Source of the DNA: Octopus vulgaris
Taxonomy: Eukaryota
DNA: 64,000 bases
Reading direction: 5' to 3'
NCBI GenBank assembly: GCA_951406725.2
Contig: OX597821.1
Location: 98,766,001-98,830,000, forward strand
Every line of letters starts with the position of its first letter. Position 1 is the first letter of the stretch. Of this stretch, positions 52,965 through 64,000 are shown one piece after another. The notes under the pieces are model-generated. The model searched no databases. It saw only the letters and a program-made list of their open reading frames with translations, and was not told where the DNA came from. A program made the translations under genes and the position numbers.

Positions 52965-55900
52965 TGTATATCATCATCTGGCCACGCTGCTTGCATGGAT
53001 TCCCATGACTCGCAGTCACTATCCAATTCCATTGTTCATCACTCTGTAGGTTAGAAGGATTGCAATTTTATGTTGTCACAAATCCACTTGATACTGGTAT
53101 TAGATCATTGTCCCCTACACAAGCTCTTTATCTTTAGTTCTCCAGGAATGTCCTGTGAATCTAATTCTACATTCTTTGATGATGACTGATTCTGGACAAA
53201 GGTTCCCATACAATCACTCATTGGTCAGATGATCTTTTCAGGTGACATTCAAAGCCACTCTTAGCATGTGAGTGTAGGTTCCATCCAATCTTCTTTCCAA
53301 TTTTGAGGTAAGAGTTCAGGCTGAGCAGAGGTAGCATTTGCTTTAACCCTTTAGCATTTAAACCGGCCATATCCGGCCAAAAGTATTCCGCCTGTTTTAT
53401 GTGCAAACTGGCCAGATCTGGTCTCTCACACCAACCCTACAATGTCGTTTTAAAAATTAACAGCTACCTCATCAAAATCTCATTGCTACAAGATAATGCA
53501 TGATTAATTCAAAACAATGTGGATAAAAAAGCATTAATTTTGGTGGAATAATGCGAACACTAAAGGGTTAAAGAGTCTGTAAGTCTAGATTTCTACACTA
53601 GAGATAACTTGTTGATGCCACCTAAGGCTTTACCAATGCATGTGTTTAATTTGTTTTCACAGCTAGAAATATTACTACCTAAGATAAGTAAATTCTTCTA
53701 CACAGTTGAGAAGTGTGTTAGATACTGTTTTGATTGTTCTGTTTTGATTTAAGCTTATGTATTCTGTTTTGTATGAGTTCACATAGAGACTGAATGTTCA
53801 GAACTATGGAGAAGGGTTTCTGCTTGGCTTAATAGATTGGAGGATAGCAATAAATCATCAACATAATCTGCATCTGTGGTTTCTGTGGAAGAATATCTAT
53901 TACTTTTTCAAGAATGTGGTGTGAATCCATTATCTCTAATGGCATCAGCAGAATTCCTGAGAATGTAATCCAAGGAAATGACAAAGATGTAAGGTGCTAA
54001 AGTGTCATCATGTAGCACTCCAGCAACAATTTCAAAGAAACCTGCATCACCCTCTGGGAATTGTACCATTGAATACGTGTTTTTGTGGAGCATTATAATG
54101 GTTTTTACTGTTTCATTTGGTATACCATAAGTTAGTTGTATTTCTTCCATTTTACCTCTGTGAATCAAATCAAAGGCTTTAGAGTAGTCAACAAATAACA
54201 GAACAGCATTTAGATTTTTAACTTTCACACCTTCAAGAATTCTGCAAACAGTTAAGATTTAGCCAGTAGTCTTCTTCAGAAGCTATTTTGATTTTTTTCT
54301 CCAAACTTTTTCAATTTCTGGATGTTTATATGGTTAAGCAGCATAGAGTTATAAAATTTTGCAGCTATTATTATAAGCATTATTCTTCTGTAAGTATTTT
54401 GCTACACCAAGAACCCCTTTTTAGGGGAAAGGGAAGTTACAGCCCTTAATTCATGTTTCTATATTGTTTTAGCAATATATGTCATTTCAGAATATCATTA
54501 AATTGTTTGGTTGTTCATACCTCAGCTGGTATTTGATCTTTTTTTCTTCTGATTCCATTAATAGTTTGTTTATTTTCAGTTGATTGAACTAGTGTAGTTT
54601 TTTGCTGAATAAATTCTCTTTTTGAACTGCCAGATATGTATCAGATAGATCTTTCAAAACTTTTTTGTGGATGTTTTATTCTTTTTTAACTGTCACTTTT
54701 GTCTTATCTCTTGGTTTTTTTCCTATGGAACATACTTCCTTTTTTTTATTGGATTATGTTCTTCTGCAGCCTTTTTTTATATGCCTTAATGAAAATTTTG
54801 TATCTTGCATTCAGTGTTATTTCATTGAATATTTGAAAGTGGGAGAGCTAAAGCTATTTCTCACTAACATGGTATATCATTTGCAAATGTCTGGATTCCT
54901 AAGAGCAGCCAAAATCATAATTTTTGCAGTTGTTCTCTGGATTTTATTTTTTCTGAAGGCTGAGTTGAATCTCATCTGCAAACATTTTATGTTCAGAGGT
55001 GAAACTATGGCAAGCATTTTAAGCCACATAATTTATAACACTATTAATCCATTTACTGTTTATAAGAATCTAGCAGTGCTTTAGTACCATTTGGATTATT
55101 ATGCGTTAGGAGCTTTCCTTTTCTCTTCTGAAATTTTGCGTTTAGGCAAATAAGTTCCTACTGTTTTATGTATTCATCTAAGGAATTTCCATTTCTATTT
55201 GCAAGTGGATGAGGCAGGCATCTGTACATAAGATCTTCCAAGGTGTGCATTCATATCTCCACTGCCTATTTTGAGATTATGTTTGGTCATGTCTCTAGTT
55301 ATATTTGAAAGGCCACCATAAAATTCTTCATTGAGTAAGATATTTGTAGGGCTGTAATGTGAAATGATTGTGAATTTTGGATTACTGTTAAATATTGCTA
55401 CTATAATTCTAGCGTTAACTTTTTCAATACAGTTTAAAACTTTCATTGTGTGAGGACTTAGTAACATTCCTATATCTCCAGTTATTGAATTGATTGAATT
55501 CTTCCATGATGCTGCTGAAACCATAGTCCATCCTTTTCCATACTCTTGATACTTGAGATCAAAATTTTCATGATATATGTGACGCTCTTGAATACAGATA
55601 ATGTCAATATTTTGAGTGGCTGCTAGTGATGTAAGTTCAGGTAAATGATGTAAGTTGCTGAGAGCTGAAGCATGAAAAGTGGAAATGTCAACTGTTTGTT
55701 TACATCTAAGATTTTGTGTTTTTTTATGTTGACTCCATAGCTGACTTTTTGGATACCAAGGCTGGAGTTGAAACCTCAACATAATGCTCTCCTTGTTTAC
55801 CCACGTGACAAGTGATGCAGTATGAATTTGAATTGGGGACTTGAGTCATAATGAATCATTCTTTAATTGATTACACAACCATGGTGTGTTGCAGTAACTC

Positions 55901-56150
55901 TCTTGATAGAGCTGGGTGATCCTGACTGTTGATCTAGGATTCCTCTACATAGCAGCAATGTAAGAAATACTATTGGCTCAGATGAGCGCTTTTGCTGCCT
56001 TTTTACACTAGCTACCTGCACACTATATTTGTTGCTAAACTCACTGTTGATTTTCACTTTACTGACAGTATCCTTGCATGGCTTGGATGGCTCTCAGCTG
56101 CTACTCATCTATTCTTAGCTCCTGCAGTGACCATTAGATGAGGGTGTAAG
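52965..56150 (-). mobile_element. Near-full-length decayed RTE-like LINE
   Basis: EN (55195-55782: IDIICIQE, HYSPTN, GDMNAHLG) and RT (53908-54228: FVDYSKAFDLIHR, GVLHDDTLAPYIFVISLDY). Confidence 0.85.
53347..53567. mobile_element. piggyBac-type MITE family 2 inserted in the LINE
   Basis: TTAA|CCCTTTAGCATT...AACACTAAAGGG|TTAA. Confidence 0.85.
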
Positions 56151-56159
56151 AAATCCTGT

Positions 56160-58450
56160 AAAATGCTTTCTCCATATCAACAAATACCAAATACAACAGT
56201 TTACTGTTTGTTAAATGCTTCTCCTGTAGTTACCTTGCTATGAAGATAGCACCGCTTAGTGTTTCACTCTAGCACAAAACTGCATCTCATCTAGGTTAAC
56301 ACTCTTCCTAATTAGTTGAGTTATAACACTTCCTGTAACTATCATGACCAAGTTCTATAATTTGATACCTCTGTAATTATTTCTGTTTAAAGTATTCCCT
56401 TTACCTTTGTAACAGTTGACTTTGACACTGCTCCATCGTCGTTGGGTATGACCCCTTCCTGAATGATCTGATTAACTAGATGGGGGATTAGGCTGCACCC
56501 CACTCTGCCAGATATCTTAAGCATCTCAGTGGTATTCTTGATGGGCCAGTGGCTTTCCCCGTTTTCATATTCTTAATTACCTTAACTATTATGTAGCTGT
56601 CAACTCTGATAGTTGGTCCTTCTTTTGGGTCCACATTAGGAAGACTCCCCCTTTCCCATGCATTCTCCACATTTAGCATCCTCACACGCTGACACTTCCA
56701 AGCCTGTTACACTTCTCTCCTACCATATCATGATTTTCTCTGATACACTGTCTGACAATCTGCAACATCTCAATGCCTCTGGTCCTTGTGCTGCAGAATG
56801 TTGACAAACTTCTTCCTTCTTACTTCTCCTCTAGTTAAATATACCTGTTGTCTAGTTTCTCTTCTAGCTACTCAGTATAATTCTCTGCTACTCCCACTCT
56901 TCCAGTGTTTCTATACCTATTTATTTGTTCTTATGACAGTTTCTTCTTCACTATTCCACCACCATATTTAGTTGGAACTTTGCACCAGTCACAAATTTAG
57001 TCTATGGTCCTCCTTAGTAGGCTATCTCGAAGTAACTTCCAGTTATCCTCCATGTTATATGTCTTTATCTTCTCCTCTTTCTCATTGAATGCTTCAGTTA
57101 GGATGTCTCTAAATCTTTGACTATTCAAAGGATCCTTAAGATTCCAAATCTTCCTTTTCTAGACTGGTTTGCTTCATGAAGTACTTCTAGCTAATGACTA
57201 ACCTATGTTGAGAGCACATTCTTCACCTAGGAAGGCCTATGCATTTAAGAGCAACCATATATCCCACTTTCTGGTGAGAACATTGTTGATCTGGCTTGTG
57301 TGGCCAAAAGATTGATAGGTGATCAGGAGATTGGTTGATTTCTTGAAGTTAGTATTACAGCTCATTAAGTCATTTGCATCAAACAACTTCAATAGCTTTG
57401 ATCCCTCCTCATTTCATGAACCTCCTCCTCTACCACCATGCATATCAGGATGCAGCTTTACATGCGCATTGAAGTCACCAGCCACAAAGATTAGGTGACT
57501 ATCATTTGCCACTGAGGTAGTTTGCAAAAGGGTATCATAAAATCACTCCTTTAAGTCGTTTGGCAGTCCTGGTTGAGGAGTACAGACTGAAATAATAGTT
57601 GTTGTTCTACTTTGCAAAACTAACCAAAGTATAAGTATCCCGTCACACACTCTGGTTACCACAATCACCTTATCTACCTATTTCTCAGCTAAAAGTATGG
57701 CCACACCTATCTCATCACAGCAGCCATATTCCTACCGCTCTATGTCATGCTGGTGAGACCTATATTGGAGTACGGGATTCAAGCCTCTTCTCCTTATCTC
57801 TTCAAAGACATACAGCATCTCGAAAGAGTCCAGAAGCTGGCTACCCACATGGTTCTTGGTCTCAAGCATTTGTCTTATGAAGAAAGGCTGAAGACACTCG
57901 ACCTTTATTCTCTAGAAAAACGAAAATGCCGTGGTGATCTCATTCTTGCTCACATCATAAGCGGAAAGTGTAACCTCTCAAAAGAGCTGTTCTTCACTCC
58001 TGCTCCAGAGCATCGGCTGCGGGGTCACTCCGAAAAGCTCTATCTGCGACAATTTCATCTCAATCGAAGGAGAGGGGCTTTCTCCGTCCGGGTTGTGGAT
58101 CTGTGGAATAAGCTGCCGGACGAGATAGTGAAGATGCCGACGACCGCTCGGTTCAAAGTCTCTCTTGACCAGAAATGGCCTGAACTCTTTGCATGAACAC
58201 CCTTCCTGTACATAACTCCATGTCCCCCTACATGGCCTTGCTTTTTGCTTTTTGTGCCAAAAATTAACTTAACTTAACTATCACTATTGCCCTCCCAGAT
58301 GAGTTTATACCTATGTATTTTGCCCCTGATGAACCTAGCTGAGGCTCCCTTCCACCTTACTTTTTGAATGCATACTCCCATTCTGGCATTTCAGCTATCT
58401 CACCAGATCTATCTTTCAATGTGCCTACATTGACTATGCCAACTCTAAGG
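56160..58450 (-). mobile_element. Decayed RTE-like LINE (EN to start of RT), interrupted by CR1 fragment
   Basis: RMLNVENAWERGSLPNV...MKTGKATGPS; FVAGDFNAHV at ~57460-57490; ISVCTPQPG; VGIVNVGTLK near 58415-58445. Confidence 0.75.
57712..58277 (+). mobile_element. Young CR1-group LINE 3' end
   Basis: ORF 57747-58196 LVRPILEYG...LERVQKLAT...YEERLKTLDLYSLE...RGDLI...FSVRVVDLWNKLP; (TTAAC)n tail; CTATC direct repeat at both ends. Confidence 0.9.
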
Positions 58451-59053
58451 TTGCAGATGAGGTGGAAAGACTGATCAGGGTGGTAGGGGATTGCACAGGC
58501 ATAACAGTTAAACAAGCAGATACTGGATACTATTGCTCAACTCCTCCAATAGGGACATGGGGCTGGAATAGAGGAGAAGGAGTAGTAGGAAAAAAAAAGA
58601 GGCAGGTCTTAATATAAGTCAAGCATTTCTATGGTGGTTGCAGGTGGGAATGAGAAGCAGAGTGAAAAGATAGTGACAAGAGGAGATAAATCTTTGAGAA
58701 AATGTATTAATATACACATTCATATTGTTAATTGATTGGTAATTCTTCTTTTCCAATGTATGTGTCGCAGGCACCACCCTATTTGTTTCCCAACCATATA
58801 GTTTCCAGCTCAGGTCTACTGTGTAACACTTTGAAGGAAGCCCATTGTATATGTATATGCTTGCATGTGTATGTGTGTATGTGTGTGTATGTGCATGCAT
58901 GCGTGTGTATACATTTGTGTCTCCTTGTCTTGACGTCATTTGACAGTTAAAAATGGGTTATTCTGTCGTAAAATAGTGTCTTTCATTTCCGTTATTCTGC
59001 AAAATCATGTCTGGCCATGGGAATGATGATGATGATGATATATATGCATTAAA

Positions 59054-59473
59054 GGCAGTGAGCTGGCAGAAACGTTAGCACGCCAGCCAAAATGCTAAGC
59101 GGTATTTCGTCTGCTGTTACGTTCTGAGTTCAAATTCCGCCAAGGTCGACTTTGCCTTTCATCCTTTTGGGGTTGATTAAATAAGTACCAGTTACACACT
59201 GGGGTTGATATAATCGACTTAATCCGTTTGTCTTTCCTTGTTTGTCCTCTTTGTGTTTAGCCCCTTGTGAGTAGTAAGAAATAGGTATTTCGTCTTTCGT
59301 CTGCCGTTACGTTCTGAGTTCAAATTCCGCCGAGATCAACTTTACCTTTCATCCTTTCGGGGTCGATTAAATAAGTACCAGTTACACACTGGGGTTGATA
59401 TAATCGACTTAATCTGTTTGTCTGTCCTTGTTTGTCCTCTCTGTGTTTAGCCCCTTGTGGGTAGTAAAGAAAT
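59054..59473 (+). mobile_element. SINE family B, head-to-tail dimer
   Basis: Second unit restarts at GGTATTTCGTC; flanked by ATATATATGCATT direct repeat. Confidence 0.85.
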
Positions 59474-59691
59474 GGATATATATATGCATTTATTGTATTT
59501 GTAAAATTTTGCTATACCCAAGAACTTACTGCACTACTGTTAATCAAACTGTCTGTGTTCCACTTATGTTCTGTCGACTTAATATATTATCAAAAAAATT
59601 AATTTTCAGAAATGTTAAAAAAATTTTCTAGCAGTATATTCTTGTAATTTGAAATATAAACAAAACATCATCTGTTTGTTTTCTTTTGCAG

Positions 59692-59879
59692 GGGAGAAGC
59701 CATACAAGTGTTCATGGATGGGATGTGAATGGAGATTCGCTCGGTCTGATGAGCTCACACGACATTACCGCAAACACACCGGTGCTAAACCTTTTCAATG
59801 CAAGTACTGTGACCGTTGCTTTTCGCGATCTGATCATTTGGCATTACATATGAAGAGACATCCACCTGCTGAACTTTGA
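59692..59879 (+). CDS. KLF6/7: Kruppel-like factor (KLF6/7/luna group), terminal coding exon: zinc fingers 2 and 3
   Basis: Acceptor TTTTCTTTTGCAG|GG completes Gly of the TGEKP linker in phase with the upstream exon; [51 protein letters not shown]; stop TGA 59877-59879. Confidence 0.95.
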
Positions 59880-60109
59880 CCCCTGCACTAGCAATAATTT
59901 TATTATATCCACTCAAAACATCATCATTTTGCCGACTGCTGCAATTTACTTGGGTGTCAGCAATTTGGCTTCTAACACATCTGTGATATTTTTTCTTCTA
60001 GTATAGCTGTATTTACTTTTTCTTATCAAATCAATTGTTTATAGATATGTGTGCACACATAAGTACAATTATATGCATACCTTATCCTCCTTCCACCTCT
60101 CTTTACTTT

Positions 60110-60135
60110 TATATATATGTATATATATATGTATA

Positions 60136-60183
<48 letters not shown>

Positions 60184-60208
60184 CTTACATACATACATAC
60201 ACACACAC

Positions 60209-60245
<37 letters not shown>

Positions 60246-60395
60246 CATATATATATGTGTGTGTATGCATAAGTTTAAATGCATAGATATAAATACACAT
60301 GTATGTTTATGAATATGTGTGCACATGTATTTCAAATATAGGTATGCATTTAATGTATATATGTTTGCGCACACACACACACATATATATATATA

Positions 60396-60428
<33 letters not shown>

Positions 60429-60491
60429 CGTGTGTGTGTGTATATATATATATATACACACACGTATATATTTACATATACTTATATATAA

Positions 60492-60533
<42 letters not shown>

Positions 60534-60575
60534 ATATATATATATAAATGTGTGTGTGTATATATATGTGTATAT
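60110..60575. repeat. Long (TA)n/(TG)n/(CA)n microsatellite in the presumptive 3'UTR
   Basis: Direct inspection. Confidence 0.9.
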
Positions 60576-61960
60576 TGTTGTCATCATTGGCTGTCCATCA
60601 TTGTTTGATGTTGACTGTTCTGTTCAGAAATCATCTCTGGTAGGCTAACATGTGGGCTATAAGGCCTGCTCTTGATTTGCCTATAGCTATGTGTGTACTT
60701 GTGTAAACAGGAAATAGCTCTTCTTTCCAACATGTTATATTGAAAACATGAATGTGTTCAAGCTTGGTCTTTTTTCATAATTGTTAATAGTTCTTTATTA
60801 ATCCTTTGTGTCTGGTTGGGTAATGTTCCTCATTGTACTGCTAAAACTACACAAACTGAAAATATGATATACAAGAACCAGATACGCTCTGATTTTAAAA
60901 TGGATGAATATATCATTAAAAAATTTATAAAGTAGAGCACAACTCAGCACAAACTTACAGTTACAATACATTACAATAATACCAGGATGAATCATAACCT
61001 TATTCACATGAAACCACAAATGTTGATTGAACATGCATTTGCACTAAGGAACCAATGCAACTGATGATAATGCAGTATGCAAAATAAACTTGGATAGAAA
61101 ATACTAATTGACAGCACTACCATTTTTTTCATAGAATCACACACACAAAAGAAGATGAGAGGAGTATCTATTGAAGCTTTACTAACAGAAAAACACAAAC
61201 CTAAATTCATTCCATATACATCATCCATAAAAAAACATGTTTAAAATCATGAAATCTACCAAGATCTACTATAATGTAATTTTAAATCCAATGTTGAAGA
61301 TTTTATCAGTTATGAAATTATCCCCAAGACCCTTTGCGACTTATCACAGAATGCATGGACCATCATGACCATTTAATTTTAAAACGTGTGCCATCACAAC
61401 CGTTTAATTTAAAAATGAGATTGTGGAAGCTTAGCAATGTAGGACCAATGGAACATTATACCAAATCAAACAAAAGATTAGTAAAATAATATTTAAAATC
61501 CTAAATAAAAAAGGATCAAGCTTAAACATAAATGTGTTCTTAATATGCGTATGAGTGTATCTACATAAATATTTATATATCTATAAACACACATTTCTAT
61601 GCACACATAAGTTGGCTTTGCAATCATGAGGTCCTGTGTTCAATTCTACTGCATGGCATCTTGGGCAATTGTCATTCTCTGTATCCACACAATAACCTGT
61701 AGCTTGTGATTGAAATTGGGAAGACATCGACTCAGTCAGGTGAGTTGACCTAAATTTCAAACATTGTGTTACACCAAATCTGGCTGACAATTATATTAAC
61801 AATACACATGTCTGTGGAATGCTCAGCTGCTTACATGCTAATTCAAGAGTAGATAATTTAGTTAATTGAACTACTGTATTCCCATCACTGACACTGGAAA
61901 TTCACCATACACATATACATATATTCACAAACTTACACAGAGGTATCTGTGTGGTGTGTG

Positions 61961-61991
<31 letters not shown>

Positions 61992-61992
61992 T

Positions 61993-62485
61993 TGTGAGAG
62001 AAAGAAAATGGAATTCATGAGACTTTATTATTATCTACCATCATTTCAACCCATCATGCACTAGTGCATTGTGGGTGGGATGTTGTACAAAGAGTTGTGC
62101 TGTATCATAGATGCAGATGTGTCTCATAAGGTGACTTGTCAAGAGGTACCTTGCTTTTTAATCTCTGTTTTGCTTATTTGTATTAGAATACATTTTGGTA
62201 GTTGTAGTTTGCTACTTGTCTATGTAAAGAACTGGGTTGTAACCCAGTTCTTTGTGTAGATGAGTAACGAACTACATTCACCAAAATGTATTCTAATGCA
62301 ATAAGCGAAATGGAGGTTTAATAGGGAGGTGGCTTTTGACGAGTCTCCTGATGAGACACATATGTACCTATGATGCACCACAGCTATTTGTACAGCGTAT
62401 AACCTTTGAGCTATCAGTGCACAATGGGTCAAAACAATCGTAGTGAATAATAAAGAGTCTTGTGAATTCCATTTTCTTTCACACA
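61993..62485. repeat. Long near-loopless palindrome (~245 bp arms), probably inverted Penelope-like terminal repeats with decayed hammerhead motif
   Basis: Centre AAAGAACTGGGTT-GT-AACCCAGTTCTTT (62226-62253); outer ends GAAAGAAAATGGAATTCA / TGAATTCCATTTTCTTTC. Confidence 0.9.
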
Positions 62486-62645
62486 TATTTAATAAACTCT
62501 ACAGACATGAAGGAATTTCTGAAGTAAATCCAGTGGTATTTACACCCATACTGTTGATGACATCAGCTAGCTGAATACAGCGTTTTGGCCTTAAATGGTG
62601 TACTACAAGATGTATATCTAAATTCAAAATAAATACTTATATACA

Positions 62646-63049
62646 TAAACATTAATGATGTCACATGCATGTGTTTTGCTTAAACACTTTGCAGCTGTGA
62701 TATTTCATGCAGGGAATGTTCCTTTAAGATATCATGTGTTAAAAAATACTGTATATCTCCAAATCAGGGTGAAACAAATTGCTCTGTAGGTGAATGAGAA
62801 TTGTGTATATCAATATTTTGCTGTCATTTCAGGTCATTGGCACAATATACTTGAGTCACCCTCAAAACAAATTGCAATCACTGGTCTGGATAGTGTAAAA
62901 TTTATCTGTTGATGTGCAACATGGTTTTGAGGAATTCAGTATTTTTTAACACATGATATCTTAAAGGGACTTTCCCCGAATGAAATACTGCAGCTAATAA
63001 GCATTTAAGCTAAACACATACATTAAGTTTGTGACAGCAATAATGTTTA
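62646..63049. repeat. Inverted repeat, ~105-120 bp arms, ~170 bp spacer (MITE-like)
   Basis: 31 bp perfect match between 62721-62751 and 62937-62967. Confidence 0.85.
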
Positions 63050-63148
63050 CATTATTAGAGCTGCTTCTTTTGTAGAAAGGATTATTATAGCTTCTTCTAA
63101 CTCAAAATTTTATACACACTCAAACAAAATATATAGAAAACATATATC

Positions 63149-63479
63149 CAATTCTATGTTCATGACTTTTGTTTCACATATTTTCAAAAGAAAAAGTGAC
63201 CACTGAAATACTTAGCCATTTACTTTCAACTAAATATTAATTATAATTATTCATATATCATCATATCATTTAATGCCAGTTTTCCATGCTAGTGTGGGTT
63301 GAACATTTTGAAGGTCAAACTGTCCAACCCATGTCAGCATGGAAAATGGATGTTAAACAATGATGATGATGTATGAATAATTATAATTAACATTTAATTA
63401 AAAGTAAGTGGCTAAGTATTTTGGTTTGACATTTTTTCTTTTAAAAATATGTGAAATGAAAGTCAGTAACATAGAATTG
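63149..63479. repeat. Fold-back palindrome (~165 bp arms, 3 nt loop) centred on a family C tail
   Basis: TTTGA-AGG-TCAAA centre (63307-63319); TTAATTATAATTATTCATA / TATGAATAATTATAATTAA; CAATTCTATGTT / AACATAGAATTG ends. Confidence 0.9.
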
Positions 63480-63564
63480 AATGTGGGTTCAAACAATGGA
63501 TATATTTATATTGACTAATGTAAATGTTTAGATATTTGAGGGATGACTGTGATGATCATTTGTA

Positions 63565-63880
63565 CATAGCTGTGTGGTTAAGGTGCTTGCTTCCTCTGAC
63601 CAAGGTAGATTTAGTTGATGGAAACTGAAAAATACCCATCATATATGTGTGCATGTGTCTGTGTAGCTTTTTCTTAACATCACACAATGGCTGTAAATGA
63701 GAATCATCCACATTCTGCTGTGGTTGTTCAGTTCCAGTCATTTGTGAAATTCATATCTGGTCATGCATGGAAACAGGTAAAGGTTGGCAACAGGAAGGAC
63801 ATCCTGCTGATGGAAAATCTACCTTAGCAAATTCTGTCTAATTCATGCAAAAATAGAAAAGTGGATGTTAAATGATGATA
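63565..63880 (+). mobile_element. Diverged SINE (family A-like head, family C-like tail)
   Basis: TAGCTGTGTGGTTAAG, GATGGAAACTGAAA, GGTTGGCAACAGGAAGGACATCC, GGATGTTAAATGATGAT; similar decayed copy at ~58790-59040. Confidence 0.55.
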
Positions 63881-64000
63881 ACATTCACAATGAAAACAAA
63901 AGGAAATCCTTGAATATAAAAAAAACATCATTGTTTTGTTAAAACTTTAGTTAGCATTCATAGTCAGTTTTTGTGTCAGATTTTCAGCAGATGGGGAGAA

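Noticed and set aside
54665-55084. 139 aa hydrophobic ORF that looks like a membrane protein
   Set aside because: Antisense frame of an A-rich LINE

Overview
AT-rich (roughly one-third GC by eye), microsatellite- and retroposon-dense eukaryotic DNA. The SINE families look like those of octopus genomes (recognised from memory, not searched). One host gene is supported: a + strand Kruppel-like factor of the KLF6/KLF7/luna group. Its large internal exon is at 32558-33119 and its terminal zinc-finger exon at 59692-59879, separated by a ~26.6 kb intron; the expected first coding exon was not found in the window. The rest is mostly decayed mobile DNA: tRNA-headed SINEs, RTE/CR1 LINE fragments, Penelope-like elements, DD37D Tc1/mariner relics, hAT and piggyBac-type MITEs, Helitrons and a probable copia integrase relic. 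Nearly all short ORFs in the track are spurious. The most unusual structure is a cluster of three long fold-back hairpins 2.1-3.6 kb downstream of the KLF stop codon (61993-63479). The first is a near-loopless ~490 bp palindrome whose arms together reconstruct a decayed minimal hammerhead ribozyme and whose inner stem is rich in G-U-type mismatches. Also notable are SINE dimers apparently made by re-copying one template, a SINE-mediated 1.08 kb tandem duplication with a visible chimeric junction, and fold-backs nucleated inside SINE-type repeats. All alignments and counts were done by eye.
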